Positions 1 to 8,650 of a DNA stretch of 41,742 nucleotides are shown piece by piece (the first letter of the stretch is position 1; each line of letters opens with the position of its first letter). The position numbers and the translations under genes were made by a program. Under the pieces are notes generated by a model. It saw only the letters and a list, made by a program, of their open reading frames with translations. It had not been told where the DNA came from and made no database searches. Source of the stretch: a virus (lineage: Duplodnaviria > Heunggongvirae > Uroviricota > Caudoviricetes); the IMG/VR virus record IMGVR_UViG_2541047836_000006; one strand, given 5' to 3'.

Positions 1-1143
1 CTATGCTGTTTTGATATCTACGATAACCCAGTCTTTACCACGATCATCATTGTATCGGTCGGTCATTTTTCTGGATTTATGGCCTAACAACTTTTGCGTA
101 TCCAGACCCTGTTCCCGATATAACCGTTCTGACAGAGATCGCTGCTCATGAAATGTGGGCGCAGTTCCTTGCTCCCATTTTATGCCACATTTTTCCCTGG
201 CCTTTTTAAAAGCCGTTGTCAGAGTATTTGCAGAAACCTGGTCTCCTCTGTTTGCTTGAGAGGTAGTGTGACGGTAATGGACCAGATATTTACTAACAAC
301 AGCATCCCTGCACTGAGATATAACTTCACGAAGGGTAATATTCAGAGCATCGCATTTCAGGTTAAGCGGAATAGCAAGTTTTGAACCGGTTTTTTCCTGA
401 GTAATGTGCAACATGTCGTCCCAGATATCAGAGAATTTCAAATTGCAGATATCACCTAAACGTTGTCCAGTAACAAGAGCAAGTAGCATGCCGCATTTTA
501 AATAGGGCTGCCGTCTGCTTACGCTTTCAAATATTGCCTGCCATTCGGGCAGTGACAATCTTTGGCGGTTTACTCGATTTCGCGGTTGTTTTGTTGCCTG
601 CGCTGGGTTAAATCCTGGCGGAACATGTCCTGCGTGTTGTGCTTCTTTGAAGACGTCGATCAACACCATTCTCACGACTTGCGCCATCCTGTTATGACCT
701 TCAGCCTTTACAGCATCAATTATTTCGGCAATATCAAGTGCGGTAATATCCTTGAGGTGTTGCATTCCACAATGCTCACGGAAAAGACGAATGGGTTTGC
801 CTTTTTGCCGATAGGAGTTGGGTCTTAGTTCATTATGTTGCAGCCTGTCCTCCTGGATAGAAATATATTTATCAAGCCATTCTGTCACCGTAATTTCTGA
901 GCGCCTGCCTTTCATTCTTTCCAGACGCTCATTGACGCTTAATATTTGTCGGGTACGTTGTTCAGCAATAATGGTATTTGCTTCAGTAGCAACTTGTTTT
1001 GCTTCATTCTCATCAGTTCCTAAGCTATGAAAACGACCGGATAGTGGATGTTTGTATTGCCAATATACCTTTCCGGTTCGCTTATCTAATTTGCAATATA
1101 AATTGGGTATAGAGATTTTGTGAGATCGGGGTCTAGCAGCCAT
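1..1143 (-). CDS. int: Phage tyrosine integrase (lambda-family, not lambda Int itself)
   Basis: 380-aa ORF; C-terminal catalytic region (…TFHEQRSLSERLYREQG…LLGHKSRKMTDRYNDDRG…) typical of tyrosine recombinases; sits at prophage left end next to xis; start overlaps xis stop. Confidence 0.9.
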   Translation of the reverse strand: MAARPRSHKISIPNLYCKLDKRTGKVYWQYKHPLSGRFHSLGTDENEAKQVATEANTIIAEQRTRQILSVNERLERMKGRRSEITVTEWLDKYISIQEDRLQHNELRPNSYRQKGKPIRLFREHCGMQHLKDITALDIAEIIDAVKAEGHNRMAQVVRMVLIDVFKEAQHAGHVPPGFNPAQATKQPRNRVNRQRLSLPEWQAIFESVSRRQPYLKCGMLLALVTGQRLGDICNLKFSDIWDDMLHITQEKTGSKLAIPLNLKCDALNITLREVISQCRDAVVSKYLVHYRHTTSQANRGDQVSANTLTTAFKKAREKCGIKWEQGTAPTFHEQRSLSERLYREQGLDTQKLLGHKSRKMTDRYNDDRGKDWVIVDIKTA

Positions 1144-1369
1144 CAGCGATTATCCGTTGGAGTTTTGGGTTTGCGTTTATTGGGAGTTGCGGTTCTGCAA
1201 GCGTTCCTACAAAACGGGAATTTCGGTCAATCATCCAGTAGCGACCAACTTTTATAGCGGGTGGGGCCATCATTTTCCCTTGCGCGTATTTTTTCAGAAC
1301 TCGCTCACTTGGTGCTAAGTCCCCAAATTCTTCTTTAGCCCAGTCCTGTAAAGTGATTAGTCGAGACAT
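1133..1369 (-). CDS. xis: Excisionase (Xis/AlpA-like)
   Basis: 78-aa ORF immediately upstream of int; N-terminus MSRLITLQDWAKE resembles lambda Xis MYLTLQEWNAR; strong SD (AGGAGG) upstream of ATG at 1367-1369. Confidence 0.75.
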   Translation of the reverse strand: MSRLITLQDWAKEEFGDLAPSERVLKKYAQGKMMAPPAIKVGRYWMIDRNSRFVGTLAEPQLPINANPKLQRIIADGC

Positions 1370-1508
1370 TTGTCCTCCTCTTAGCTGCTGAGGGAGTTTG
1401 TGACCGATATATCTGACATGATATTAAGCTCATGGCAGGTACATCTCTTGACTGGTCATAGAGATAAATTTAATGCTGAGAAATGCAGTATTGAATTTAT
1501 CAATTTTT

Positions 1509-1748
1509 CTATTTCCTGCGTATGGCACGTAACTTCTTAATGTGTTCTGCCGTTTCGATCTCTTCTGCTATCCGATCTGCATCAGCTTTATTCACAGGTT
1601 CAAAGTCATGATTAAAGCGGAACATGCTGGCGATACATGTTCTGCCTTTTCGGATGTAGTGAACTTTGTTGTAGGTAGAACGCAGGATTTTGCAGGGAGT
1701 GCCGTGGTGGTCGACGTACCAGGTGTTAGGAAAAATGATTCTGAGCAT
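1509..1748 (-). CDS. Hypothetical early-left protein (occupies the position of lambda ea22/ea8.5)
   Basis: 79-aa ORF with SD GAGGTG 6 nt before ATG; no recognisable motif. Confidence 0.5.
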   Translation of the reverse strand: MLRIIFPNTWYVDHHGTPCKILRSTYNKVHYIRKGRTCIASMFRFNHDFEPVNKADADRIAEEIETAEHIKKLRAIRRK

Positions 1749-1795
1749 TTTTACACCTCAGTTGGACGATGTTGAAATTTGCTGCTTTGAGGCCA

Positions 1796-2014
1796 TCACA
1801 ATCCCCATTGTTTGTTCTTAAGTTCGATCTCCTCCTGGCAACTTGCACAAGTCCGACAACCCTGAACGACCAGGCGTCTTCGCTCATCTATCGGATCGCC
1901 ACACTCACAACAATGAGTGGCAGATACAGTCTGGTAGTTCAGACGACGCATTTTTATTGCTGTATTGCGCTGTAATTCTTCGATTTCTGATGCTGAATCA
2001 ATGATGTCTGCCAT
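1796..2014 (-). CDS. TraR/DksA-family C4 zinc-finger protein (lambda orf61-like)
   Basis: 72-aa ORF with CxxC…CxxC (…HCCECGDPIDERRRLVVQGCRTCASCQ…); DNA matches remembered lambda region upstream of exo. Confidence 0.7.
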   Translation of the reverse strand: MADIIDSASEIEELQRNTAIKMRRLNYQTVSATHCCECGDPIDERRRLVVQGCRTCASCQEEIELKNKQWGL

Positions 2015-2112
2015 CTTCCATTAATCCCTGAATTGTTGGTTAATACGCTTGAGGGTGAATGCGAATAATAAAAAAGGAGCCTGTAGCTCCCTGATGATTT
2101 TGCTTTTCATGT

Positions 2113-2412
2113 TCATCGCTCCTTAAAGACGCCGTTTAACATGCCGATCGCCAGGCTTAAATGAGTCGGTGTGAATCCCATCAGCGTTACCGTTTCGCGG
2201 TGCTTCTTCAGTACGCTACGGCAAATGTCATCGACGTTTTTATCCGGAAACTGCTGTCTGGCTTTTTTGATTTCAGAGTTAGCTTGACGGGCAATGCTGC
2301 GAAGGGCGTTTTTCTGCTGAGGTGTCACTGAACAAGCCCCATGCCGGAAAGCATAAGCACACAGAATATGAAGCCCGCCGCCAGAAAAATGCATTCTGTT
2401 GTTGTCATGCAA
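2113..2412 (-). CDS. Hypothetical lambda early-left protein (orf60a-region homolog); start uncertain
   Basis: ORF in track begins with TTG; alternative ATG at 2394 or GTG further in; DNA closely resembles lambda exo-proximal region. Confidence 0.4.
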   Translation of the reverse strand: MHDNNRMHFSGGGLHILCAYAFRHGACSVTPQQKNALRSIARQANSEIKKARQQFPDKNVDDICRSVLKKHRETVTLMGFTPTHLSLAIGMLNGVFKER

Positions 2413-2596
2413 GCTCTCTCTCGTTTGCCTCTGCTTTCGCCGCCATCATTTCCAGCTTTTGTGAAAGGGATGCGGCTAACGTATGAAATTCTTCGTCTGT
2501 TTCTGCTGGTATTGGCACAAACCTGACTCCAATTTGAGCAAGGCTATGTGCCATCTCAATGCTCGTTCTTAACTCAACAGGAGATGCTTTGTGCAT
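2405..2596 (-). CDS. Hypothetical lambda early-left protein (orf63-like)
   Basis: 63-aa ORF with ATG at 2594-2596; DNA matches lambda region just before exo. Confidence 0.55.
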   Translation of the reverse strand: MHKASPVELRTSIEMAHSLAQIGVRFVPIPAETDEEFHTLAASLSQKLEMMAAKAEANERELA

Positions 2597-2747
2597 ACAG
2601 CCCCTCGTTTATTATTTATCTCCTCAGCCAGCCGCTGGGCTTTCAGTGGATTTTGGATAACAGAAAGGCCGGGAAATACCCAGCCTCGCTTTGTAACGGA
2701 GTAGACGAAAGTGATCGCGCCTACCCGGATATTATCGTGAGGATGCG

Positions 2748-3428
2748 TCATCGCCATTGCTCCCCAAATACAAAACCAATTTCAGCCAGTGCCTCGTCCA
2801 TTTTTTCGATGAACTCCGGCACCATCTCGTCAAAACTCGCCATGTACTTTTCATCCCGCTCAACCACGACATAATGCAGTCCTTCACGCTTCATACGCGG
2901 GTCATAGTTGGCAAAGTACCAGGCATCTTTTCGTGTCACCCACATGCTGTACTGCACCTGGGCCATGTAAGCCGACTTTATGGCCTCGAAACCACCGAGC
3001 CGGAACTTCATGAAATCCCGGGAGGTAAACGGGCATTTCAGCTCAAGGCCATTGCCGTCACTGCATAAACCATCGGGAGAGCAGGCGGTGCGCATACTTT
3101 CGTCGCGATAGATGATCGGGGATTCAGTAACATTCACGCCGGAAGTGAATTCAAACAGAGTTCTGGCGTCGTTCTCGTACTGTTTTCCCCAGGCCAGCGC
3201 CTTAGCATTAACTTCCGGAGCCACACCGGTGCAAACCTCAGCCAGCAGGGTGTGGAAGTAGGACATTTTCATGTCAGGCCACTTCTTTCCTGAGCGGGGC
3301 TTTGCTATCACGTTGTGAACTTGTGAAGCGGTGATGACGCCGAGCCGTAATTTGTGCCACGCATCATCTCCCTGCTCGATAGCTCTCACGTCGATCCCGG
3401 TACGCTGCAGGATAATGTCCGGTGTCAT
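2748..3428 (-). CDS. exo: Lambda exonuclease (Red alpha)
   Basis: 226-aa protein [30 protein letters not shown]… essentially identical to remembered lambda Exo; ATGA overlap with bet. Confidence 0.97.
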   Translation of the reverse strand: MTPDIILQRTGIDVRAIEQGDDAWHKLRLGVITASQVHNVIAKPRSGKKWPDMKMSYFHTLLAEVCTGVAPEVNAKALAWGKQYENDARTLFEFTSGVNVTESPIIYRDESMRTACSPDGLCSDGNGLELKCPFTSRDFMKFRLGGFEAIKSAYMAQVQYSMWVTRKDAWYFANYDPRMKREGLHYVVVERDEKYMASFDEMVPEFIEKMDEALAEIGFVFGEQWR

Positions 3429-4210
3429 GCTGCCACCTTCTGTTCAGTGGCTTTTTGTTTCAGGAATCCAAGAGCTTTCACTGCTTCGTCCTGTGTCAGT
3501 TCTGACGATGCACGAATGTCGCGGCGAAATATCTGGGAACAGAGCGGCAATAAGTCGTCATCCCATGTTTTATCCAGGGCGATCAGCAGAGTGTTAATCT
3601 CCTGCATGGTTTCATCGTTAACCGGAGTGATGTCGCGTTCCGGCTGACGTTCTGCAGTGTATGCGGTATTTTCGACAATGCGCTCGGCTTCATCCTTGTC
3701 ATAGATACCAGCAAATCCGAAGGCGAGACGGGCACACTGAATCATGGCTTTATGCCGTAACATCCGTTTGGGATGCGACTGCCACGGCCCCGTGATTTCT
3801 CTGCCTTCGCGAGTTTTGAATGGTTCGCGGCGGCATTCATCCATCCATTCGGTAACGCAGATCGGATGATTACGGTCCTTGCGGTAAATCCGGCATGTAC
3901 AGGATTCATTGTCCTGCTCAAAGTCCATGCCATCAAACTGCTGGTTTTCATTGATGATGCGGGACCAGCCATCAACGCCCACCACCGGAACGATGCCGTT
4001 CTGCTTATCAGGGAAGGCGTAAATTTCTTTCGTCCACGGATTAAGGCCGTACTGGTTGGCGACGATCAACAATGCGATGAACTGCGCATCGCTGGCATCA
4101 CCTTTAAATGCCGTCTGGCGAAGAGTGGTGATCAGTTCCTGTGGGTCGACAGAATCCATGCCGACACGTTCAGCCAGCTTCCCTGCCAGCGTTGCGAGTG
4201 CTGTACTCAT
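3425..4210 (-). CDS. bet: Bet single-strand annealing protein (Red beta)
   Basis: 261-aa protein [37 protein letters not shown]… matches lambda Bet. Confidence 0.97.
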   Translation of the reverse strand: MSTALATLAGKLAERVGMDSVDPQELITTLRQTAFKGDASDAQFIALLIVANQYGLNPWTKEIYAFPDKQNGIVPVVGVDGWSRIINENQQFDGMDFEQDNESCTCRIYRKDRNHPICVTEWMDECRREPFKTREGREITGPWQSHPKRMLRHKAMIQCARLAFGFAGIYDKDEAERIVENTAYTAERQPERDITPVNDETMQEINTLLIALDKTWDDDLLPLCSQIFRRDIRASSELTQDEAVKALGFLKQKATEQKVAA

Positions 4211-4215
4211 CCGTT

Positions 4216-4632
4216 TTATACCTCTGAATCAATATCAACCTGGTGGTGAGCAATGGTTTCAACCATGTACCGGATGTGTTCTGCCATGCGCTCCTGAAAC
4301 TCAACATCGTCATCAAACGCACGGGTAATGGCTTTTTTGCTGGCCCCGTGGCGTTGCAAATGATCGATGCATAGCGATTCAAACAGGTGCTGGGGCAGGC
4401 CTTTTTCCATGTCGTCTGCCAGTTCTGCCTCTTTCTCTTCACGGGCGATCTGCTGGTAGTGACGCGCCCAGCTCTGAGCCTCAAGACGATCCTGAATGTA
4501 ATAAGCGTTCATGGCTGAACTCCTGAAATAGCTGTGAAAATATCGCCCGCGAAATGCCGGGCTGATTAGGAAAACAGGAAAGGGGGTTAGTGAATGCTTT
4601 TGCTTGATCTCAGTTTCAGTATTAATATCCAT
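4216..4632 (-). CDS. gam: Gam, RecBCD inhibitor
   Basis: 138-aa protein [61 protein letters not shown]… matches lambda Gam. Confidence 0.95.
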   Translation of the reverse strand: MDINTETEIKQKHSLTPFPVFLISPAFRGRYFHSYFRSSAMNAYYIQDRLEAQSWARHYQQIAREEKEAELADDMEKGLPQHLFESLCIDHLQRHGASKKAITRAFDDDVEFQERMAEHIRYMVETIAHHQVDIDSEV

Positions 4633-4730
4633 TTTTTATAAGCGTCGACGGCCTCACGAAACATCTTTTCATCGCCAATAAAAGTGGCGATAGTGAATTT
4701 AGTCTGGATAGCCATAAGTGTTTGATCCAT
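4587..4730 (-). CDS. kil: Kil (host cell-division inhibitor)
   Basis: 47-aa protein [47 protein letters not shown] from internal ATG (4728-4730) of the 89-aa track ORF; matches lambda Kil. Confidence 0.85.
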   Translation of the reverse strand: MDQTLMAIQTKFTIATFIGDEKMFREAVDAYKKWILILKLRSSKSIH

Positions 4731-4863
4731 TTTTTGGGACTCCTGGCTGATTAAGTATGTCGATAAGGCGTTTCCATCCGTCACGTAATTTACGGGTGAT
4801 TCGTTCAAGTAAAGATTCGGAAGGGCAGCCAGCAACAGGCCACCCTGCAATGGCATATTGCAT
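4699..4863 (-). CDS. cIII: cIII (FtsH/HflB inhibitor, stabilises cII)
   Basis: Hand translation of minus strand from ATG at 4861-4863 gives [54 protein letters not shown] (54 aa), matching lambda cIII; absent from the ORF track because it is under 60 aa. Confidence 0.85.
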   Translation of the reverse strand: MQYAIAGWPVAGCPSESLLERITRKLRDGWKRLIDILNQPGVPKNGSNTYGYPD

Positions 4864-4935
4864 GGTGTGCTCCTTATTTATACATAACGAAAAACGCCTC
4901 GAGTGAAGCGTTATTGGTATGCGGTAACGCCGCGC

Positions 4936-5304
4936 TCAGGCGGCTTTGATAGTCATATCATCTGAATCAAATATTCCTGATGTATCGATATCGGTAATTC
5001 TTATTCCTTCGCTACCATCCATTGGAGGCCATCCTTCCTGACCATTTCCATCATTCCAGTCGAACTCACACACAACACCATATGCATTTAAGTCGCTTGA
5101 AATTGCTATAAGCAGAGCATGTTGCGCCAGCATGATTAATACAGCATTTAATACAGAGCCGTGTTTATTGAGTCGGTATTCAGAGTCTGACCAGAAATTA
5201 TTAATCTGGTGAAGTTTTTCCTCTGTCATTACGTCATGGTCGATTTCAATTTCTATTGATGCTTTCCAGTCGTAATCAATGATGTATTTTTTGATGTTTG
5301 ACAT
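4936..5304 (-). CDS. ea10: Ea10 (lambda Ssb-like early protein)
   Basis: 122-aa ORF at the lambda ea10 position; length and sequence consistent with lambda Ea10. Confidence 0.8.
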   Translation of the reverse strand: MSNIKKYIIDYDWKASIEIEIDHDVMTEEKLHQINNFWSDSEYRLNKHGSVLNAVLIMLAQHALLIAISSDLNAYGVVCEFDWNDGNGQEGWPPMDGSEGIRITDIDTSGIFDSDDMTIKAA

Positions 5305-5320
5305 CTATTCATATCCTCAC

Positions 5321-5350
5321 AGATAAAAAATCGCCCTCACATTGGAGGGC
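5321..5350 (-). terminator. Rho-independent terminator in the leftward (pL) operon, upstream of ea10
   Basis: Minus-strand hairpin GCCCTCCAATGTGAGGGC followed by a T-run (plus strand: aaaaaatcGCCCTCacattgGAGGGC). Confidence 0.6.
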
Positions 5351-5564
5351 AAAGAAGATTTCCAATAATCAGAACAAGTCGGCTCCTGTTTAGTTACGAG
5401 CGACATTGCTCAGTGTATTCACTCGTTGGAATGAATACACAGTGCAGTGTTTATTAGTATGCCTGTCTTTTAACCACATCAGGCTCGGTGGTTCTCGTGT
5501 ACCCCTACAGCGAGAAATCGGATAAACTCTATTCACCCCTACAGAGAGCAAAAGAGAAACGCCG

Positions 5565-6146
5565 ATGAACAACTCATGGTGGCAGGAACTAATGCATTTT
5601 TTCCTGCAAGGAATGACACTTAAACAGTTGATTCATATGCTAATCATCCTGATCATATTGATTATTGTTATGCCTGTAAGCGTAAAAGAATGGATAAACC
5701 TGCATAATCCAGAAATCCTTCCTCATTACTGGATGTATTACATCCTGTTGTTTTGCGTTAGCTATGTGCTTAACGGCGTTGTTAATTCCGCTTATCACGC
5801 TGTGACTGTAAGAATTGAGATATTCGCTGCTCAGAAGCGCAAATCTAAAGAAGAGAAATACGTGCAAGATTTGTTTGATTCGTTAACTCTTGGAGAAAGA
5901 GCGTATTTGGCATTCGCTGTAGCCGCTAATAACCAGCTAAAGACAGAAAAGGGAAGCCCTGAAGCAATCTCATTGCTCGAAAAAGGGCTTCTTATTCGGG
6001 TACCTTCTGCTACTGGATATCCTGAAATCGACCGTTTTGTTATCCCGGAACGCTATAGAAATGAGTGCTACATTAGGTTTGCTGGGAAGAAAGACAGTCT
6101 TATGGATGAACTTATCGCTCAGGATAAGCATGGCAAAAACAAGTAA
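5565..6146 (+). CDS. sieB: Superinfection exclusion protein B (P22-type SieB)
   Basis: 193-aa membrane protein MNNSWWQELMHFFLQGMTLKQLIHMLIILIILIIVMPVSVKEW… resembles P22 SieB rather than lambda SieB; same position as lambda sieB. Confidence 0.85.
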   Translation: MNNSWWQELMHFFLQGMTLKQLIHMLIILIILIIVMPVSVKEWINLHNPEILPHYWMYYILLFCVSYVLNGVVNSAYHAVTVRIEIFAAQKRKSKEEKYVQDLFDSLTLGERAYLAFAVAANNQLKTEKGSPEAISLLEKGLLIRVPSATGYPEIDRFVIPERYRNECYIRFAGKKDSLMDELIAQDKHGKNK

Positions 6147-6162
6147 TTAGCAAATGAATTTA

Positions 6163-6471
6163 TCATCTCGCCGTCAGTTGTTTTGATTTCCGGTAGCCTG
6201 CCGCGTAAATAGCTACGTTTGGCAGGCAAACACTTCCACTGCATTCATCTACTTTCTTGCAGCGAAGGCTTCCGAGTGATATTGCTTTTTCAGAAAGGCT
6301 TAACCGCTTTCTCGGGTCTTCCTGAACAGGTTCCTCACTGTCTGTGCCGAAGATCGAATCGATGATGTTGCAGATGGAATCACGCTCGATGGCCAGCTTT
6401 CTGCGCCGCTCATGACGGCGAGTTTTGGCATTTCCTGCAAATGTTGATTTTCCGTACACGATTACCGTCAT
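6163..6471 (-). CDS. N: N-type transcription antiterminator (P22 gene 24-like)
   Basis: Arginine-rich motif GNAKTRRHERRRKLAIERD matching the P22 N boxB-binding peptide; likely start is internal ATG at 6469-6471 (MTVIVYGKSTFAGNAK…) with SD GAGGA; cognate nutL lies upstream. Confidence 0.8.
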   Translation of the reverse strand: MTVIVYGKSTFAGNAKTRRHERRRKLAIERDSICNIIDSIFGTDSEEPVQEDPRKRLSLSEKAISLGSLRCKKVDECSGSVCLPNVAIYAAGYRKSKQLTAR

Positions 6472-6589
6472 GATGTTTTCCTCATGTGAAATGGCTTTGG
6501 TGGTGATGCGCCAGATGCTGATCTTCTGGTTGCTGTCGTTACTGCTGCAATTCACATCACCCCAAACCCATCTCGTTTGGTATCTGTTC

Positions 6590-6623
6590 GCGCTTTGTCA
6601 GCGCATCATCGAAGTTAAAGAGC
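6590..6623 (-). promoter_or_regulatory. nutL: nutL site (boxA-like GCTCTTTAAC and boxB hairpin GCGCTGACAAAGCGC)
   Basis: Minus-strand boxB at 6590-6604 is identical to the P22 nutL boxB RNA; boxA-like element at 6614-6623 lies 5' of boxB in the transcript. Confidence 0.7.
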
Positions 6624-6659
6624 CTGCCAATCTGTTCCGTTTGGCTGCCAGCGTCCTGC

Positions 6660-6720
6660 TGATGGCGATTATAATGAACCAATAGTTCGATATTATCAAG
6701 AACTATAAGTACGAATTGTT
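6660..6720 (-). promoter_or_regulatory. Putative pL promoter/OL operator region
   Basis: Minus-strand TATAAT at 6668-6673 with an imperfect -35 (TTGATA, 20-nt spacer); AGTACG half-site at 6708-6713 shared with the OR palindrome; location inferred from the nutL/N arrangement. Confidence 0.3.
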
Positions 6721-6880
6721 TGTGGTTCATTAACTTAATGAGATATGTTTTTGATATGTAAAGGAATTTATTTTTGTAAAGATTGAAGATTGGTCAGTAG
6801 GAGAGAAAGAATTGTTTGCTGGCGTGTTAGTTCGTGGGTTAGCACATGTGCGGATGTTAAATAAGGTAGACGATCGTGAG

Positions 6881-6908
6881 GAAAAGAAAAACCGGCGCTG
6901 AGGCCGGG
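6881..6908 (-). terminator. Rho-independent terminator ending the cI accessory-gene transcript (tIMM-like)
   Basis: Minus-strand hairpin CCGGC…GCCGG (6892-6907) followed by a T-rich run, 6 nt downstream of the stop of the 6914..7813 gene. Confidence 0.6.
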
Positions 6909-6913
6909 TATAA

Positions 6914-7813
6914 TTATTTGATTATTTCTTTTATAAAGACTTCTTTCGGTTGGTATTTTTTATCTGATGATTTGAGCTGGTACGTTATTGTTATATCAGC
7001 ACGTACAGAAAATTTACCTGCAAAATCTGATGGGTTTACGTTGGGGCCAAGAACCATATTTACTCTTCGATCTATTAATCCAGGGATAACAGCAGCCCAA
7101 CCTTTCTCTGGATTGTCGAGGTCTAATGCACGGATTTCAACATCAACATCAAAATGATCCTGAGTATATGACTCTGGTGTGAAGACAACTTCAGTTGGGG
7201 CTTTTTTAATGGTTTCAGCGGGAATGGTCACTGTACCACCCCCTGTACCTATGACCATCGTAGATCCTTCGTCTGCCCTAGCTGGGGCAAGCGTCTTAAT
7301 GGAACTTTTGGCAAGAGTCTTCTTATTGGTTACCGTGCTTTCTATGATTGCTTGAAGACGGTCAGGTGAAATATTAGCCTCACCGGCACCAATATTGATG
7401 ATTGTATTGTTATTTGCTTCAAAGTGGGAGGTGTTGCTTGGAGCCATAGCCTTAGTTGCTAGAACTAAGCCATATCCAACCAGACCAATAACAACAGCAC
7501 CAACGAGAGCGTTTCTCATTTTCCCATTTCCGATCTTTGCATGAGCGCCAGCAAGAAACTTGTCCATTTCTTCTTGGCTACCAAAGAGGAGTTTAATAAC
7601 AATATCTTCATAAAGGCTTCCTGCTTCTAATCGCGCAACATGCACCGATATATCAAGGATATTAGCCCCTGTCAGTTCCTGCAAAACACCTTCTGATTGT
7701 TTTGCGATGGCCTCCCACCCTTGAAGGGAGGTAATCACATCTTTGATGCTTACAGGTTCTTTAGTTGAATAATATATGTTTTCGGTAAAGGTTAAAGATA
7801 ATTCTTGGGACAT
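6914..7813 (-). CDS. Uncharacterised single-pass membrane protein in the immunity-region accessory slot (rexAB position); candidate superinfection-exclusion/abortive-infection protein
   Basis: 299-aa ORF with SD GAGGG upstream of ATG (7811-7813); central hydrophobic helix ALVGAVVIGLVGYGLVLATKAMA; co-oriented with and downstream of cI; own terminator; AT-rich; no similarity to any protein I recognise. Confidence 0.8.
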   Translation of the reverse strand: MSQELSLTFTENIYYSTKEPVSIKDVITSLQGWEAIAKQSEGVLQELTGANILDISVHVARLEAGSLYEDIVIKLLFGSQEEMDKFLAGAHAKIGNGKMRNALVGAVVIGLVGYGLVLATKAMAPSNTSHFEANNNTIINIGAGEANISPDRLQAIIESTVTNKKTLAKSSIKTLAPARADEGSTMVIGTGGGTVTIPAETIKKAPTEVVFTPESYTQDHFDVDVEIRALDLDNPEKGWAAVIPGLIDRRVNMVLGPNVNPSDFAGKFSVRADITITYQLKSSDKKYQPKEVFIKEIIK

Positions 7814-7942
7814 CCGAGCCCTCGCTGTTTCTTTCGATTTGCTGTGTTAAGCTAATATTTTAATATCCATGTTTCTGTTTGCTTGCAGTGTGTTTCTCAC
7901 CACCATCCAAACGTACTGGTTACTAGCTATGTGATGATGAAG

Positions 7943-8650
7943 TCATGAACTTTTCAGCCATTCCCTGGCCTCGATGTCATCTAGGTGGCGAGATTGCTTC
8001 AGAATACCAGCTACATACTCCACCTTTGCTACTTGATGATAAGGCAACGTTATTGGCCTGTGGTCTTGGTTGATGCTTGTAAATTGGTATTCTCCGTCTC
8101 TGTCATAGCCAAGAACCTTGATCATGTTGTGCCCTTCAATGGTTCTGACAAACACCTCATCACCTGGGAATACTTTGGTGTTAGGCTCAATGAGTACATA
8201 TTCTCCTGATTTTATTCTGGGCCACATGCTGTCTCCTTTTACACGAAGACCAAAGGCATCTGGATCATCGCTATAAATCTTGAGCCACCCATCGCGCTCT
8301 TCGGTCATCTCGATGGCACCATCAACACCAAGAATTGCCTCACCAACCACGCGCACTAACCCTTTTTTTAATTTGCCAACAATTGAAAAAGTATCTTCAT
8401 CATTCGCTCCATTTAACGAAGTGCCGTGCTGAAGCCAAACAACATCAACGTTTAGAAATTTCGCAAGCGCATTCATTTTTTCCTGGCGTGGTAAAGACTC
8501 AGCATTAAACCATTTGCTAACGCCTTTGGACGAAAGAGAAAGGGCACGGGCTATGGCCATTCCCCTACCATGTTCATCAAGACCAGCTTCTTTACAGGCT
8601 TGCGCTAGCCGCTGGGCGAATTCTTTGCGCACTTTTTCATTCTGAACCAT
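7943..8650 (-). CDS. cI: CI-type prophage repressor (HTH N-domain plus LexA/S24-like self-cleaving C-domain)
   Basis: 235-aa ORF divergent from cro; C-terminal …FGLRVKGDSMWPRIKSGEYVLIEP… carries the S24 peptidase Ser/Lys pattern (GDSM…K); not the lambda or P22 repressor sequence. Confidence 0.9.
   Translation of the reverse strand: MVQNEKVRKEFAQRLAQACKEAGLDEHGRGMAIARALSLSSKGVSKWFNAESLPRQEKMNALAKFLNVDVVWLQHGTSLNGANDEDTFSIVGKLKKGLVRVVGEAILGVDGAIEMTEERDGWLKIYSDDPDAFGLRVKGDSMWPRIKSGEYVLIEPNTKVFPGDEVFVRTIEGHNMIKVLGYDRDGEYQFTSINQDHRPITLPYHQVAKVEYVAGILKQSRHLDDIEAREWLKSS

Noticed and set aside
148-1030. Three plus-strand ORFs (78, 88 and 70 aa) inside the integrase gene
   Set aside because: Antisense to int, Cys/Leu-rich junk translations, no SD.
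5390-5572. 60-aa minus-strand ORF between ea10 and sieB
   Set aside because: No SD, overlaps the sieB start and a terminator hairpin, and resembles neither Ral nor any known protein; it lies in the remnant left by the ral deletion.
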